A stretch of DNA of 64,000 nucleotides from assembly GCA_030867685.1 (NCBI GenBank), contig JAQOWU010000007.1, forward strand, positions 868,001-932,000, in the 5' to 3' direction. This document shows positions 31,203 through 42,747 of the stretch, one piece after another. Position 1 is the first letter of the stretch, and each line of letters opens with the position of its first letter. The translations under genes and the position numbers were made by a program. Origin of the DNA: Wickerhamiella versatilis. Its lineage: Eukaryota. Under the pieces are notes generated by a model. The model was given only the letters and a program-made list of their open reading frames with translations. It was not told the origin of the DNA and searched no databases.

Positions 31203-34200
31203 GGAAGCCTATGACAAGGTCGTTTCTCAAGCGACACTAAACGTGCTTCCTACAGATTATGCACGTCCGTCTGAAAGACGTGTAGTGGATGCGTTGACAG
31301 AATTCAGTTTGCCGAAGTCTGCACAGGATGCGTTGAACCGGTTATCGGCAGAACTCGATTGTGATCCTGCTGTAGTGGCTACAGCTGGTTTCATCGCATT
31401 GCTAAGTCGATGGACAGGGGATGAAGATATCCTTATCGGTGGTACAGGCAATAACGGGGAGCATGCTATTTTCCGATCTACGGTAACTCCTGAAACAACA
31501 TTGGCACAAATAGTGTCTGAGGTGAAAAAGAATGAAAAGCTTGCTATTGAAAACCCTATGACACATGGAGAGCTTCGAAATCGCTATGGTGAACTTTTCA
31601 GAGTATTATTTGTGCGCAATAATACGATTGCTCCTGAAAAAGATCTCACCCTTGAGCTCCAGGGTGATAGCATAAAAATCAGGTATAACTCATTGCTCTA
31701 CAAGGAGATCCGTATGAAGTGTATATTTGAAGAGTTGACCCAACTACTGGAATCTTCCGATGCCAACACAAAAGTCAGGGAGGTTTCTTTGGTGACCCCT
31801 ACCCAGTCCCACTTGATTCCTGATCCAAGTAAGGACCTAGACTGGTCTTCTTATCGCGGAGCTATCCAAGATATTTTCCATGAAAATGCTCTCAAATTCC
31901 CTGAGAGGGTTGCTGTTACTGAGACTAACGAGGGTAAGCCGCGGGTATTTACTTACGGTCAACTTGATGAAGCATCAAATGAAGTCGCGCATGCCTTGAT
32001 TAAGTCTGGTATCAAGGTTGATGATGTTGTTACAATCTATGCTTATCGTGGAGTGGACTTGGTCGTTGCCGTTATGGGTACATTGAAAGCTGGTGCAACC
32101 TTCTCGGTCATTGATCCCGCTTATCCTGCTACTCGGCAAAACATTTACCTTTCGGTCGCTAAGCCTCAAGCACTGATAGTCCTCAAAAAAGCTGGTATTC
32201 TGCCGCCCGCAGTGCGCGAGTATATTCGGGAAAACCTGAATTTGAAATTGGAAATTACAGGCCTTGTATTCGAGAATGATGGTTTGTTATCCTCCGATGT
32301 CCCTCTTGAGACTGCAGACCTGAGAACTAAGTATCCTGGTGTTCCTGTAGGTCCTGATGCACACCCCACGCTCAGTTTTACCAGTGGTAGTGAGGGTATA
32401 CCTAAAGGTGTTCTCGGCAGGCATTTCTCGCTTGCCTATTATTTTCCATGGATGGCCAAAACATTCGGCCTTTCTGAGAAAGATCGTTTCACAATGCTCA
32501 GTGGTATTGCACATGACCCCATTCAGCGTGATATTTTTACCCCGTTATTTTTGGGAGCTCAGCTCGTAGTTCCTACTGAAAATGACATCGGTACCCCAGG
32601 TCAATTGGCCGAATGGATGGCTAGAGAGTCTGCTACTGTCACTCACCTTACTCCTGCTATGGGACAGCTTCTTAGTGCTCAGGCCAATGCGAAAATCCCA
32701 TCTCTAAAGAATGCCTTTTTTGTGGGTGATGTGTTGACTCGACGTGATTGCAGCAAGTTGCAAAGTCTTGCAAGGAATGTGGCAATAATAAATATGTACG
32801 GAACAACCGAAACCCAACGAGCTGTATCATATTATCGTGTCCCATCGATCTCCGAGGACTCTGTATTCCTCCAAACACTGAAAGAGACCATCCCAAGTGG
32901 TAAAGGTATGCTCAATGTCCAGATGCTGGTGGTTAACAAGAACAATCAACTGTGTGCAGTTGGTGAGGTTGGTGAAGTATACGTTAGAGCCGGAGGCCTA
33001 AGTGACGGATATCTATCTCTGCCTGACCAGACGGCTAAAAAGTTCTTAGAGAACTGGTTCCCTCACTCAGAATACAAGGATTCATACTCAGGACCACATT
33101 GGAAGGGTGTTCGTGACCGGCTTTATCGCACAGGTGATCTCGGACGGTATTTGCCAGATGGAAACTGTGAGGTCAGTGGTCGAGCTGATGATCAAGTGAA
33201 AATCCGTGGTTTCCGTATTGAGCTTGGAGAAATAAATACTCATCTTGGAAGGCACCCGTTTGTCCGTGAATCCATTGTGCTTGTACGTCGAGACAAGAAT
33301 GAGGAACCGATTCTAGTAGCCTACGTCGTACCTGAGGAGGACCCTGAGACAGCCGCAGAGTCTCTAGATGAAGCTGGTCCTGTAGTACAGGGCCTCGTGC
33401 AATACCGTAGAATGCTCCGGGATATAAGAGAATACCTGAAAACAAAACTTCCGTCCTATGCGGTTCCATCTTTGGTAGTACCTCTACCTCGCCTACCTTT
33501 GAACCCGAATGGAAAGGTTGACAAGCCACGTCTACCATATCCTGACACAGCACAGCTTGAGCTCGTTGGTAAACATCTTCCTAAACAGCAATGGACTCCA
33601 ATGGAAGCGCGGGTTCGAGATCTTTGGCTAAGTCTTCTTCCTCATCGTCCAGCGGTTATTGAGCCCACGGATAATTTCTTTGACTTAGGTGGGCATTCAA
33701 TACTCGCTACTAAAATGATATTTGAGGCAAGATCGATACTTGGCGTTCCAGACCTGCAGCTGGGAGCTATATTCGCAGAGCCTACGATCAAAGGTTTTGC
33801 AAAACTCATATCGGAGCAGGATGATGGTTCGGCGTCTAGCGTTGCCGATTATGCGAAAGATGGACGGGAACTAGCCAAAGAATTGCCTAGCTTTTCACCG
33901 TTTAATCTGGAAAATGTATCATCTGCTGTACTTACCGGAGGAACAGGTTTCCTTGGGTCATATCTTATCCGCGATCTTTTGCAAAAAGGAATAAAGGTCA
34001 CGGCGCTGGTTCGTGCGAAGTCCAGAGATCATGGAATGGAACGTCTGCTCACTACATTGGCGGCCTATGGCCTCGAATGCTCTACCAGCAACCTTGATGT
34101 CGTCGTGGGCTCTTTGGAAAAGCCACACTGGGGTATGAGTGATGCAGAATGGGCTCAATTGGCATCTAATACGGATTTGGTGGTCCACAATGGTGCTTTG

Positions 34201-35085
34201 GTGCACTGGGTTTATCCCTACGAAACATTGAGAGGACCCAATGTTGAGGGCACTGTTACCGCACTTGACCTGTGCTCTATAGGACGTCCGAAACGCTTTG
34301 TCTTTGTCTCTTCCACAAGTGTTCTGGACAAGGAAGCATATCTGGAACTTGGCGATGATCTGCCCAACGGCGTTCCTGAATCCGACCCACTCGAGCTCTC
34401 TGCAACAGGACTGGGCACTGGTTACGGCCAATCAAAATGGGTAGGTGAATATCTTGTTCGGGCTGCGGCAAGCAAGGGTCTCACGGGATCAATCGTCAGA
34501 CCCGGATACATAGTTGGCGACTCTGTAACCGGTGTTTGCCAGCTTGACGACTTCCTTTTACGTATGCTTAAGGGTTGCCAACAGATAGGACTTTATCCTT
34601 CAATACAGAACGGTGTGAATATGGTACCTGTAGACCACGTTGCCCGCATAGTAATTGCTGCTGCGCTGCATGGTAAGGCTGGATGCGTTGCGCAAGTGGA
34701 TGCTCATCCACGTCTGCCATTTGCTACATTCCTTAGCAGTCTACAGACATTGGCAGGATACGATGTCAAGTCTTGCGAGTATGTTACTTGGTGTGCCGAG
34801 CTCGAAAAGTATGTGAGACGCACTGGTGATTCTGCACTGTATCCTTTGTTGCACTTTGTCCTGGATAACCTGCCTCAGGATACCAAAGCGCCAATTCTTG
34901 ACGACAGCAACGCTCGAGCACTTGTACCGGAGACTAGCGGTGTCAACGAGGCAACACTTGCTGTATATCTCTCATTTTTGACTGCGATTCACTTCTTGCC
35001 GCAACCCATCAAGCCGCTTCCGGCACTCAAGGTCTCGAAGGAGGTTCTCGCCAAATATTCCGAGGCGGGTGGTCGTTCACGATAA
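31201..35085 (+). CDS. LYS2: alpha-aminoadipate reductase (A-T-R domains)
   Basis: LSFTSGSEGIPKG, NMYGTTETQRAVS, YRTGDLGRY, carrier domain NFFDLGGHS, reductase LTGGTGFLG...GYGQSKW. Confidence 0.97.
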   Translation: MEAYDKVVSQATLNVLPTDYARPSERRVVDALTEFSLPKSAQDALNRLSAELDCDPAVVATAGFIALLSRWTGDEDILIGGTGNNGEHAIFRSTVTPETTLAQIVSEVKKNEKLAIENPMTHGELRNRYGELFRVLFVRNNTIAPEKDLTLELQGDSIKIRYNSLLYKEIRMKCIFEELTQLLESSDANTKVREVSLVTPTQSHLIPDPSKDLDWSSYRGAIQDIFHENALKFPERVAVTETNEGKPRVFTYGQLDEASNEVAHALIKSGIKVDDVVTIYAYRGVDLVVAVMGTLKAGATFSVIDPAYPATRQNIYLSVAKPQALIVLKKAGILPPAVREYIRENLNLKLEITGLVFENDGLLSSDVPLETADLRTKYPGVPVGPDAHPTLSFTSGSEGIPKGVLGRHFSLAYYFPWMAKTFGLSEKDRFTMLSGIAHDPIQRDIFTPLFLGAQLVVPTENDIGTPGQLAEWMARESATVTHLTPAMGQLLSAQANAKIPSLKNAFFVGDVLTRRDCSKLQSLARNVAIINMYGTTETQRAVSYYRVPSISEDSVFLQTLKETIPSGKGMLNVQMLVVNKNNQLCAVGEVGEVYVRAGGLSDGYLSLPDQTAKKFLENWFPHSEYKDSYSGPHWKGVRDRLYRTGDLGRYLPDGNCEVSGRADDQVKIRGFRIELGEINTHLGRHPFVRESIVLVRRDKNEEPILVAYVVPEEDPETAAESLDEAGPVVQGLVQYRRMLRDIREYLKTKLPSYAVPSLVVPLPRLPLNPNGKVDKPRLPYPDTAQLELVGKHLPKQQWTPMEARVRDLWLSLLPHRPAVIEPTDNFFDLGGHSILATKMIFEARSILGVPDLQLGAIFAEPTIKGFAKLISEQDDGSASSVADYAKDGRELAKELPSFSPFNLENVSSAVLTGGTGFLGSYLIRDLLQKGIKVTALVRAKSRDHGMERLLTTLAAYGLECSTSNLDVVVGSLEKPHWGMSDAEWAQLASNTDLVVHNGALVHWVYPYETLRGPNVEGTVTALDLCSIGRPKRFVFVSSTSVLDKEAYLELGDDLPNGVPESDPLELSATGLGTGYGQSKWVGEYLVRAAASKGLTGSIVRPGYIVGDSVTGVCQLDDFLLRMLKGCQQIGLYPSIQNGVNMVPVDHVARIVIAAALHGKAGCVAQVDAHPRLPFATFLSSLQTLAGYDVKSCEYVTWCAELEKYVRRTGDSALYPLLHFVLDNLPQDTKAPILDDSNARALVPETSGVNEATLAVYLSFLTAIHFLPQPIKPLPALKVSKEVLAKYSEAGGRSR

Positions 35086-35525
35086 ATTCCCATTGATTGA
35101 TTAATTATGACCTAAACAATAGATTATTATGTCTATAAAAAAAACTTACACGTAATACTAGGTGCACACACAGAATTGATGTCTATTATGAGGAATAATA
35201 TGATATTGTTGTCCTAAACATATTTGGGCTATTTGGGCTATTCTTTTTTTTTCAAAAACTCGTGTATTTTATTAGTCGGTGCGTAATTTACATTTAGTTT
35301 ACTCTTACGATGAGCTTCAATTTTTAAGAGGCGGTAGCTTGATTCTAAGTTGCAACACCACCCTTACTCTAAACCTGTCAACGCACCCCTTAGAGGATAG
35401 TAAAAGAAACGAGAATCATTATTACTGAGAGTTACATGCGCCACCGTCTGCTTCTTATTGCCATCTCATCTCATACAAAGCGTACCACTCTATTATATAG
35501 CGACGAAAATAGTGGTTTGTCATCA

Positions 35526-36716
35526 ATGGCTTCAGCACCTCCGCCGAAGAAACTTCGGACAGAAGTCCGAAAACTCGGCGGCATGCAGCGTGAGCTGTAC
35601 AGCCTTATGGGCGATAGTAATCCGCCGATACTTGTCAGACCAGATTCGCAGAAATCACGTCCAGACTGGCGGCAGAAAGTCACACCATGGTCCCGTGTAC
35701 CTTTTGTCAACCAGGCCCGGGATGATGACCTCAAATTGAAGCATTGGGTTCGAGGTTCTGTGGATCCCGCCGAAGTATATCGGTTTGCTCGCTATAATAC
35801 ATCTGTAGATGTTCCTTCATGGACTGACGAGGAGTACCAATTGTTCGAGAACCCAGATTGGACTCTAGAAGAAACCCGACATCTTTTTGATCTTGCTAGA
35901 CTATTTGATTTAAGATGGCCAGTAATTTTTGATCGTTATGATCGGCAAAGCTCCCGTACAGTCGAAGACTTGAAAGCTCGGTATTATGATGTTTGTTCTT
36001 CTTTACTTAGGGCAAAGCCTAGCCGTAGCCCAAAGGATGAGGAGCTATTGGAGGCAATGAAGTTTTCGAAAGAGTTGGAGGAAAAGCGTAAAGCGCACCT
36101 TGAGAGGCTGGTAAGTCGGCCCCCAAGTGAAGTTGCAGAGGAGGAGGCTCTAGTCATGGAGGCTAGGAGGCTCGAGGCTTCAGCGTCAAAAATTCTTCAC
36201 GAACGCTCAGAATTGCTTGAGTTATTGGAAAGCCCACCAGTATCAAATTCTGGTGCTGCACAATACAATAGCTCCCAGGGTGTGGGACAATTGCAACAGC
36301 AACTATTGCAGGAAAAGGGTCGTAAAATTAAAGATCCGCAAGGGCCTTCACCGGTTCGGAAGAGTCTCACAGGTACAGATGGTCATTCAACAATGGCAGT
36401 TGCGGTGCTACAACATAGACTTACGCCGAAGGAAGAACAAGCATATGGCGTTAGCTACGAAAAACACCATCACTCTCTGGGTGTCTATCTACGCAGCTCC
36501 CGATTGCCCACCTTCAAGCACAGTCTTCTTCCCAAGGCTCAGGCTGTTATGAATGAGCTCGGTATTCCTATGCGACCAGTCATGCCCACCCTTCGTGTAT
36601 GCCAGCGAAGGGAGGCTCTATATTCTGCAATTAACACTCTACTAGAAGCAAAACGTGTTCAGGACAAGCTGGAAACCGAAATTGAGGTTTTGAAAAGGGC
36701 GAAGTCCAGCGAGTAG
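35526..36716 (+). CDS. SWC4: SWR1/NuA4 subunit (DMAP1 homologue)
   Basis: GMQRELYSLMG, LKHWVR, SANT-like WTLEETRHLFDL...DLRW, GVYLRSSRL, PVMPT. Start uncertain (another in-frame ATG at 35436). Confidence 0.9.
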   Translation: MASAPPPKKLRTEVRKLGGMQRELYSLMGDSNPPILVRPDSQKSRPDWRQKVTPWSRVPFVNQARDDDLKLKHWVRGSVDPAEVYRFARYNTSVDVPSWTDEEYQLFENPDWTLEETRHLFDLARLFDLRWPVIFDRYDRQSSRTVEDLKARYYDVCSSLLRAKPSRSPKDEELLEAMKFSKELEEKRKAHLERLVSRPPSEVAEEEALVMEARRLEASASKILHERSELLELLESPPVSNSGAAQYNSSQGVGQLQQQLLQEKGRKIKDPQGPSPVRKSLTGTDGHSTMAVAVLQHRLTPKEEQAYGVSYEKHHHSLGVYLRSSRLPTFKHSLLPKAQAVMNELGIPMRPVMPTLRVCQRREALYSAINTLLEAKRVQDKLETEIEVLKRAKSSE

Positions 36717-37101
36717 TAAAGCGGGGTAAATTATTTATTGACGTGAAGAGGGGTAAAACGGAATTTGTATCATACTAGTGTTTATAACTAACAAGATCTT
36801 GGAATGCACGGCCAAAATAACGATTAACAAAGGGAATTGCCCAAATGCACGTGTGTTGCCACCCTTTCCCTTAGACCGGTCTCAAGAAGTTTCTAGGGCA
36901 TTGGATCCCATCGGCGAATTGTATGAGAGGCGAGTTCAAGCCATAGGAATCCGAGGAATTATCGGTATAAACCTAAAACCGAAATTTATTAGCTTCTTCA
37001 GACCCGGAGACTCCTTGACAGCAAAGCCCCAACAGTGGGGCCGAGGTTAGGTTTGAAACAACCATATATACTAGTTCACCCGCATCAGTTATTAATTTGT
37101 T

Positions 37102-37578
37102 ATGACCTTTTTTATCTCCGCGTATCCATCCATTTGTCCTTGGAAGATTGCTGCTGGTGCAGCCTATGCTCACGGAACTCAGTTCCTCGTTTACCTGCCA
37201 GTTGTTGGTGCCTTTTACGATAAAGCGAGGGCAGCAAGCAGCCCTGAAGAGGTGATTAAGAGCAAAGAGGCTGCTTCCACTGCAATTGTAGGTACTTCTT
37301 CTCTTGTTTCCTCCGTATTGCAGTCCTATAGCGTTGCAGCTCTCCTTAAGCTTACGGGTGTCTCTTCGTATGAAGGCGCAGCTGTCGTTGGTTCGCTACT
37401 GTTTGCGGTTACAACAGGTCCCCAGCTCGTATCAGGATTCTTGGTTGAGAACAAGAAGCAAGAAACGCTCTTATCTCAGGCAATTGTGAGCTTGCTTGAT
37501 ACGGTAGGATTGGCTTTGGCACTCCACTGGTACAGTGATTCCACTGCACCCGCACCAGCTCCCCTTCCGACTAACTGA
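37102..37578 (+). CDS. small multi-pass membrane protein (DUF1761-like, tentative)
   Basis: 158-aa ORF with about four hydrophobic segments; family suggested by resemblance only. Confidence 0.65.
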   Translation: MTFFISAYPSICPWKIAAGAAYAHGTQFLVYLPVVGAFYDKARAASSPEEVIKSKEAASTAIVGTSSLVSSVLQSYSVAALLKLTGVSSYEGAAVVGSLLFAVTTGPQLVSGFLVENKKQETLLSQAIVSLLDTVGLALALHWYSDSTAPAPAPLPTN

Positions 37579-37739
37579 TTCAAAAATTACTGGATGCAAT
37601 AGACATGTATTGTAAAATCGCTAGCTTTCTAAATGCTTCCGAATTTTTTAGTGCGTCTGAAACGACGTGATCTAGCGTTCTAGTGCAATTTTACGTAAAT
37701 AAAGCACATTCATATTTACAAGAAAAAGACTTTAGTGTG

Positions 37740-39059
37740 TTAGTTACGGCTCCATTTTTTGACCAATGCAGTGGCTGCTATAAAACCACCGAATAAAGCA
37801 ATTCTTCCAAAGTTTTCGAAGACGGCATTTTGGGCAGCATCATTTGCAACTGCCTCTGAATACGATATATCTGAACGAAAACTTACCATGGTATACAAAG
37901 GAAGCCACCTGTCTCTCAGTAGACGCCAGAGATACCGGTCTACAATTTTGCGGACCCGGAAGGACCAATGCGTCACCCCATCCCGCATCTCCTGATAATT
38001 TCGAAGGCTCAAGTCGCCGATGGCACGAACATCAGGAGCCCTCTGTCTACTATATTCAGCGAAAACATCGGAGAGAGATGTCGCACCCTGGTCCAAAATG
38101 TCCAGTAAGACGTGCACATCTTCCAGACCACAATTACAGCCTTGACCGTAAAAGGGTACTATGGTGTGCGCAGCATCACCGAGTATAAGAGCTCGTGAAT
38201 CCAGGTTATAAGGGCTGCATTGAATAGTTACAAGCTTTCCTCGGGTCCTTGAATACGCATCAGTGAGACCTTGTGATCCGATGGCTTGTGCTGCATCAGG
38301 AAATTGAGTGGAAAACCAGCTATGAAATTTGGCTTCTGAATCAAGAGTTGCAAATAGCTGGCGAGACGCAAAAATCGTACCTGTATGAGATCCATCAGCA
38401 TTAGGCAAAGCAATAAACATATTTTCTCCTCGGGGCCAAATGTGAAGCCAATTGGGACTCCAATGGGGCGCTTCCTTGATGTCCACCTCAACATAATAAG
38501 TATCTACGGTATCCATATGAAAACTAGCATCCGTATGGCGCTGAATAGCAGTACGCACCTGCGAAAAGGTTCCATCACATCCAATCAAAGTTTCGGCCTC
38601 GATTTCCAATCTGCCTGTTGGACCGTTGAACTTTATCTGCGGCTCTCCAGAGGAGAGATCTACCTCGACGAGTTTGTGATTAAAATGAATGGGTATACCG
38701 GCTTTCTGGACTTCATTCAGTAAATCACAACCTAATTCCGTCCGCCCAATCGAGTGTATGGATTCGCTGCCTGTCGTACCGTAGAGCACACTTTGCATCT
38801 CGCTTGACGGTGTATGTATCATCCGGCCATACATAGAAACCCATTTTGAGGAGACACTCGAAGCGAGCGCTGGATCTATTGCGTCAAGAGCTGCAAGACC
38901 ACGTGCACTGATAGCTAGATTGATAGACCTTTTGTCCCGGTAGTTTTCGATTCTTGGATCTCCCCGAGCTTCATAGAGTTCTAATTTGTACCCCCTTCGA
39001 TGTAAGCCGAGAGCAAGTGTGGCGCCTACGGGACCCGCTCCGACGATCACGATCGTCAT
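37740..39059 (-). CDS. BNA4: kynurenine 3-monooxygenase
   Basis: GAGPVG, RSINLAISARG, LHIWPRG..MFIALPN, GDAAHTIVPFYGQGCNCG, WLPLYTMVSFR, C-terminal anchor. Confidence 0.95.
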   Translation of the reverse strand: MTIVIVGAGPVGATLALGLHRRGYKLELYEARGDPRIENYRDKRSINLAISARGLAALDAIDPALASSVSSKWVSMYGRMIHTPSSEMQSVLYGTTGSESIHSIGRTELGCDLLNEVQKAGIPIHFNHKLVEVDLSSGEPQIKFNGPTGRLEIEAETLIGCDGTFSQVRTAIQRHTDASFHMDTVDTYYVEVDIKEAPHWSPNWLHIWPRGENMFIALPNADGSHTGTIFASRQLFATLDSEAKFHSWFSTQFPDAAQAIGSQGLTDAYSRTRGKLVTIQCSPYNLDSRALILGDAAHTIVPFYGQGCNCGLEDVHVLLDILDQGATSLSDVFAEYSRQRAPDVRAIGDLSLRNYQEMRDGVTHWSFRVRKIVDRYLWRLLRDRWLPLYTMVSFRSDISYSEAVANDAAQNAVFENFGRIALFGGFIAATALVKKWSRN

Positions 39060-39687
39060 GGTTTGTGTTGTGACTATTGCTCTATTTGGTCATGTGCGTC
39101 AAAAATATTTTCTTGCCAGCTTGAGGAAAGAAAAGAATCTTTGGTTTTAGATCATACCATATACTCCGAACTAATTAAATCTACATCTGTAACTGTTCTC
39201 GCTTATGCGGCACATTCGAATTCACCATCCTCTTCGATTAGTCTGTCGAGGTCAGGAAATCTAAGATTTGCACGGGTTTAGGATTTAATTCTAAGTTTAT
39301 TCGTTGCTACTAGTATATAACAAGAATCTACCTCTCTCTCCTTGTCTAATAAGACTGCCCCCCACACAAAGACTATCAGAATACCAGACAAGTACTTCTG
39401 AGCCTGGATTGCTCGCTCTTCCATGTCTGAATATCTTTGACACTTGTTTAATTCTCTACCCTTTTTATGCTAGAGTCTATTGCCATCATCCTCCTAACGG
39501 CCGATCCCATAGGTCTAAGATAGTACTGCTTGATATCAAATTAATCGCACATATTAGCCGTTTAGCTTCATAATGGTCTTAATTGTTTCGATAGACTTAT
39601 TATTTTTATTTTTTTTTCTTTGAAATATTAAAAGCAAGTCATTACACCACTGTGAATTAGCAGGAGAGACACGAGCTCTGTCAGCAT

Positions 39688-40770
39688 ATGCCGGACCTCA
39701 CGGTAGACGACCACTGCGTCGTCCCTTTCTCGGCAGTTATTAGTTATGAGGGCGTCGTGCAGCGAGTCTGGGACCCAGCCACGAACTTGGTAACATCAAA
39801 AAGCCACTCAAAGCGTGGTCTTGAAAGTCATCCACCGAAGAAGGAGGCAAAGGTGTTCAAGGGAGCTCCTGGGAAATGTTACTTCGTTCATTACGCTGGA
39901 TGGCCTAGATCTCAGGATGAGTGGATTCGTAGTGAGCGCGCTCTTGAGTATACACCGGAAAACATTGCCAAAATGAAGCGGCAACAAGCAGCGGCTAACG
40001 CCAAGTTTCGTGAGGACGATAAGAAAAAAGATAAGAAGAGAAAGGCAGACGTTCAAACAGGATCTAAGCAGCCTAAGAAGCAGAAGCCTGAGCCTAAAGT
40101 AAAGATAAAGACCGAGCCAAAGACCGAGCGGCAAGGATCTCCTGCGAAATCATCAGGCAAACCCAGTACCAAAGAACGGAAAACTACAAAAGAGACAACA
40201 GTGGAGATTCCTCTCGATCTCCAGCAGGATTCCATACCACATTCAATACAGGTGAACGTTCCTGAACGCCTCAAGCGGGTACTTGTCGGCGATTGGGAAC
40301 TTGTGACGCATGCTAGGAAATTGGTGGCCCTACCTCGCCCTATATCTGTGACGATGATTCTTGATGAATTTAAAAATTGGGTATATGAACTTCAGCCTGA
40401 AATTAAAGGCTATACTGGGAAGCAGGAAAACCTGGAGGACTTCTGTACTGGCCTCAAGCAATACTTCTCTCATGCCCTTGGAATGATGCTGCTCTATCGA
40501 TTCGAGCGCAACCAATACTTTCGACTTCGCCGTGACAAAAAAGACTTTAATGCCTCAGAAGTCTATGGTGCTGAGCATCTTCTGAGACTATATGTCACGA
40601 TGCCTGCCTTGTTAGCTCAGACTTCTATTGATCAGGCCTCAATGAACTACATCAAATCGAGACTAGACCTGCTCGGTTCTTATCTTGAGCTTCATGCCGA
40701 TTCTTTATTTTATACGAAGGCTTACGAGTCCAGCACGCGGGCATATGAATCACAAGCACTTTTCTCTTAA
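39688..40770 (+). CDS. EAF3: MRG-family chromodomain protein
   Basis: YFVHYAGW....DEW chromo-barrel; MRG domain LKRVLVGDWE...LGMMLLYRFER.QY...YGAEHLLRL. Confidence 0.92.
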   Translation: MPDLTVDDHCVVPFSAVISYEGVVQRVWDPATNLVTSKSHSKRGLESHPPKKEAKVFKGAPGKCYFVHYAGWPRSQDEWIRSERALEYTPENIAKMKRQQAAANAKFREDDKKKDKKRKADVQTGSKQPKKQKPEPKVKIKTEPKTERQGSPAKSSGKPSTKERKTTKETTVEIPLDLQQDSIPHSIQVNVPERLKRVLVGDWELVTHARKLVALPRPISVTMILDEFKNWVYELQPEIKGYTGKQENLEDFCTGLKQYFSHALGMMLLYRFERNQYFRLRRDKKDFNASEVYGAEHLLRLYVTMPALLAQTSIDQASMNYIKSRLDLLGSYLELHADSLFYTKAYESSTRAYESQALFS

Positions 40771-41009
40771 GATGTTTCGGTGCATGTTTGCCATAATAAT
40801 TTTCAGTCTATATTTGTTTTGACAAAGGCTGGGCAAGTTTGTTTATGTTTATTTGTGATAAAGAACTAAGAGATTTTTAGGCGTCAGAGAAAGAACACCC
40901 ACTGTTTATTGAGAGTTATGAGGAATAAATTATCTAACAAGAGAAGTGAAAGGGAGTAGAGGAGGAGAGGGTATCATTAAGCGTAAGGAAATCAAGGAAT
41001 TGGTCAGAA

Positions 41010-42299
41010 TTATTCGAGGGAGAAGTCAAAAGGCGGCATAAAATCACTTTCACTAGACTCGCTGGTAGGGCTAGCGCAACCGGCGAACTCTGAGTGCAAG
41101 CGATGGTATCCCAAAAAGCCCTCCTGGTCAATTGAAACAGCACCACAGTCCCCTACTCGAAGACCAACAAATTGCTTGTTGTGACGAACCTTTGGATGGT
41201 TCTGTGCAGAATCATCGAGGATTTCCAGTGCTAAACGATCGAGCTCTGCATCGTGTGACATGCGCTCCTCGTAAAGATCCCAATTAGAACGACGCTTGTA
41301 AGGCTTAAAGCTTTCGTCGTCATCTGTGACTGAAGGGTCCCAAACACGAATGGTACCTTCCTTTGATGCACTTACCAATTCATTGGCCTGGTGTGGCGAC
41401 CATTCCAGACCAGTGATCATGTCAGTATGACCCCGATATGTTGATAGCGGCTCGCTCATACGAACATCCCAAACTCGAACCGTCGTGGAGTCGTGGACTG
41501 CTGCAACCATATTTTCATTATTCGGTGACCATTTCACATGGCTCACGAAGGTACCACTTTGGCTCGGAGGACTAAGGCCCCCGACACCTCTGATTCTCAT
41601 ATCTCTTATAGAGAGTCCCTTGCGACCTCCAAGAGCAAGAACGCCATCCCGTCGGCCTGAGGCATCAAAGCAGGCAACGCCTTTTGCCTTTTGCTTTACC
41701 AGTGGTGCATCACTGCGAGAGACATCCCACATAAAAATGTGGTCACTGCAAAGACTGAGAATACTGGCTGGTGGACAGCACGACCATTCCATTGTTGTCA
41801 ATTGCAGCTGCTTGATCCTGGTGGATGTCTGGGATGATTTGCTCGACACATGGCGCTGATGGTTATAATGCTTCAAGATTTCAGCTGGCATACTGGTGCT
41901 GTATGAATCTGGCAGAAGTGTCAAATTCACATAACCATTCTTGTGTCCACTAACGATAATATTACCTTGCGACGACAACGGATGTGGTGCCCACTCCAGA
42001 GCGTGTACCTGGGGTAGTGAGATCGTTTGATGGTGAGTGAGTGTCTTTCCCTCAGGATTTAGCTCGTAGATGAATAGATTATTTTCATCAGATCCACTCG
42101 CAACCGCACAGATTGAATCAGCAGAACGGAGTGCAATAGCAGTCAAGAATTGACGATCATCTGGCACACGCCAGTAAGAGGAGGATGGCCCCGACAAACT
42201 TGTTGTGCTTCGACGTTGGCGGAGCCCAGCAGATGGTTTGCTATGTACCAGCCCATCCAGGGTGGCTGTAACAGCAAAATCCAATTCACTGTCAATCAT
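41010..42299 (-). CDS. DSE1: WD40 protein, daughter-specific Dse1-like
   Basis: SSYWRVPD, NLFIYEL...THHQTISLP, SGHKNGYVNL, HYNH; WD repeats VRVWD and GHTD...IRVWD. Confidence 0.72.
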   Translation of the reverse strand: MIDSELDFAVTATLDGLVHSKPSAGLRQRRSTTSLSGPSSSYWRVPDDRQFLTAIALRSADSICAVASGSDENNLFIYELNPEGKTLTHHQTISLPQVHALEWAPHPLSSQGNIIVSGHKNGYVNLTLLPDSYSTSMPAEILKHYNHQRHVSSKSSQTSTRIKQLQLTTMEWSCCPPASILSLCSDHIFMWDVSRSDAPLVKQKAKGVACFDASGRRDGVLALGGRKGLSIRDMRIRGVGGLSPPSQSGTFVSHVKWSPNNENMVAAVHDSTTVRVWDVRMSEPLSTYRGHTDMITGLEWSPHQANELVSASKEGTIRVWDPSVTDDDESFKPYKRRSNWDLYEERMSHDAELDRLALEILDDSAQNHPKVRHNKQFVGLRVGDCGAVSIDQEGFLGYHRLHSEFAGCASPTSESSESDFMPPFDFSLE

Positions 42300-42368
42300 T
42301 AGGTTCAATGAGTAAAGATTATTTCCCGGTACCGGTATTATTTCTTATGTATGGCGATGAAACGAATG

Positions 42369-42714
42369 GCTGGTTGATTATTGTTCTGATGGGATACATG
42401 AGCCAGCCACATGCATGGGTAGGGGTTCAACTGTTCTGGAGAACGACATTCTGAATGGCATTCCTCATACAATTCCACCGTTTAAAGAAACTTATTTTGC
42501 TCTGACTTCCTGATTATTGCTGCTCCCCACGAATATTTGTCCATTAATATAAAAGTATGCAGCCTATATCATATTTTTTGCCCAGCGTGGGCTGGGTTTA
42601 GGATATTAAATTTACGGGCTGTAATTGCAAAAGCTGCAATTGAGCAATTCTCCCTCTATATCGTCTCGAAAAGCGACGGAGGCTCTTGCTTCATATGGTA
42701 GTGACAGACCCAGC
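42369..42714. promoter_or_regulatory. cluster of five CCAGC (Ace2/Swi5-type) sites
   Basis: GCTGG 42369, CCAGC 42403, CCAGC 42582, GCTGG 42591, CCAGC 42710, all upstream of the DSE1-like gene. Confidence 0.55.
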
Positions 42715-42747
42715 CACCAAGCCGACCGGTAACGTCTCTTACTAACC

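Noticed and set aside
31201-35085. NRPS-like A-T-R enzyme as a secondary-metabolite cluster
   Set aside because: It is the ordinary lysine biosynthesis enzyme Lys2, flanked by housekeeping genes
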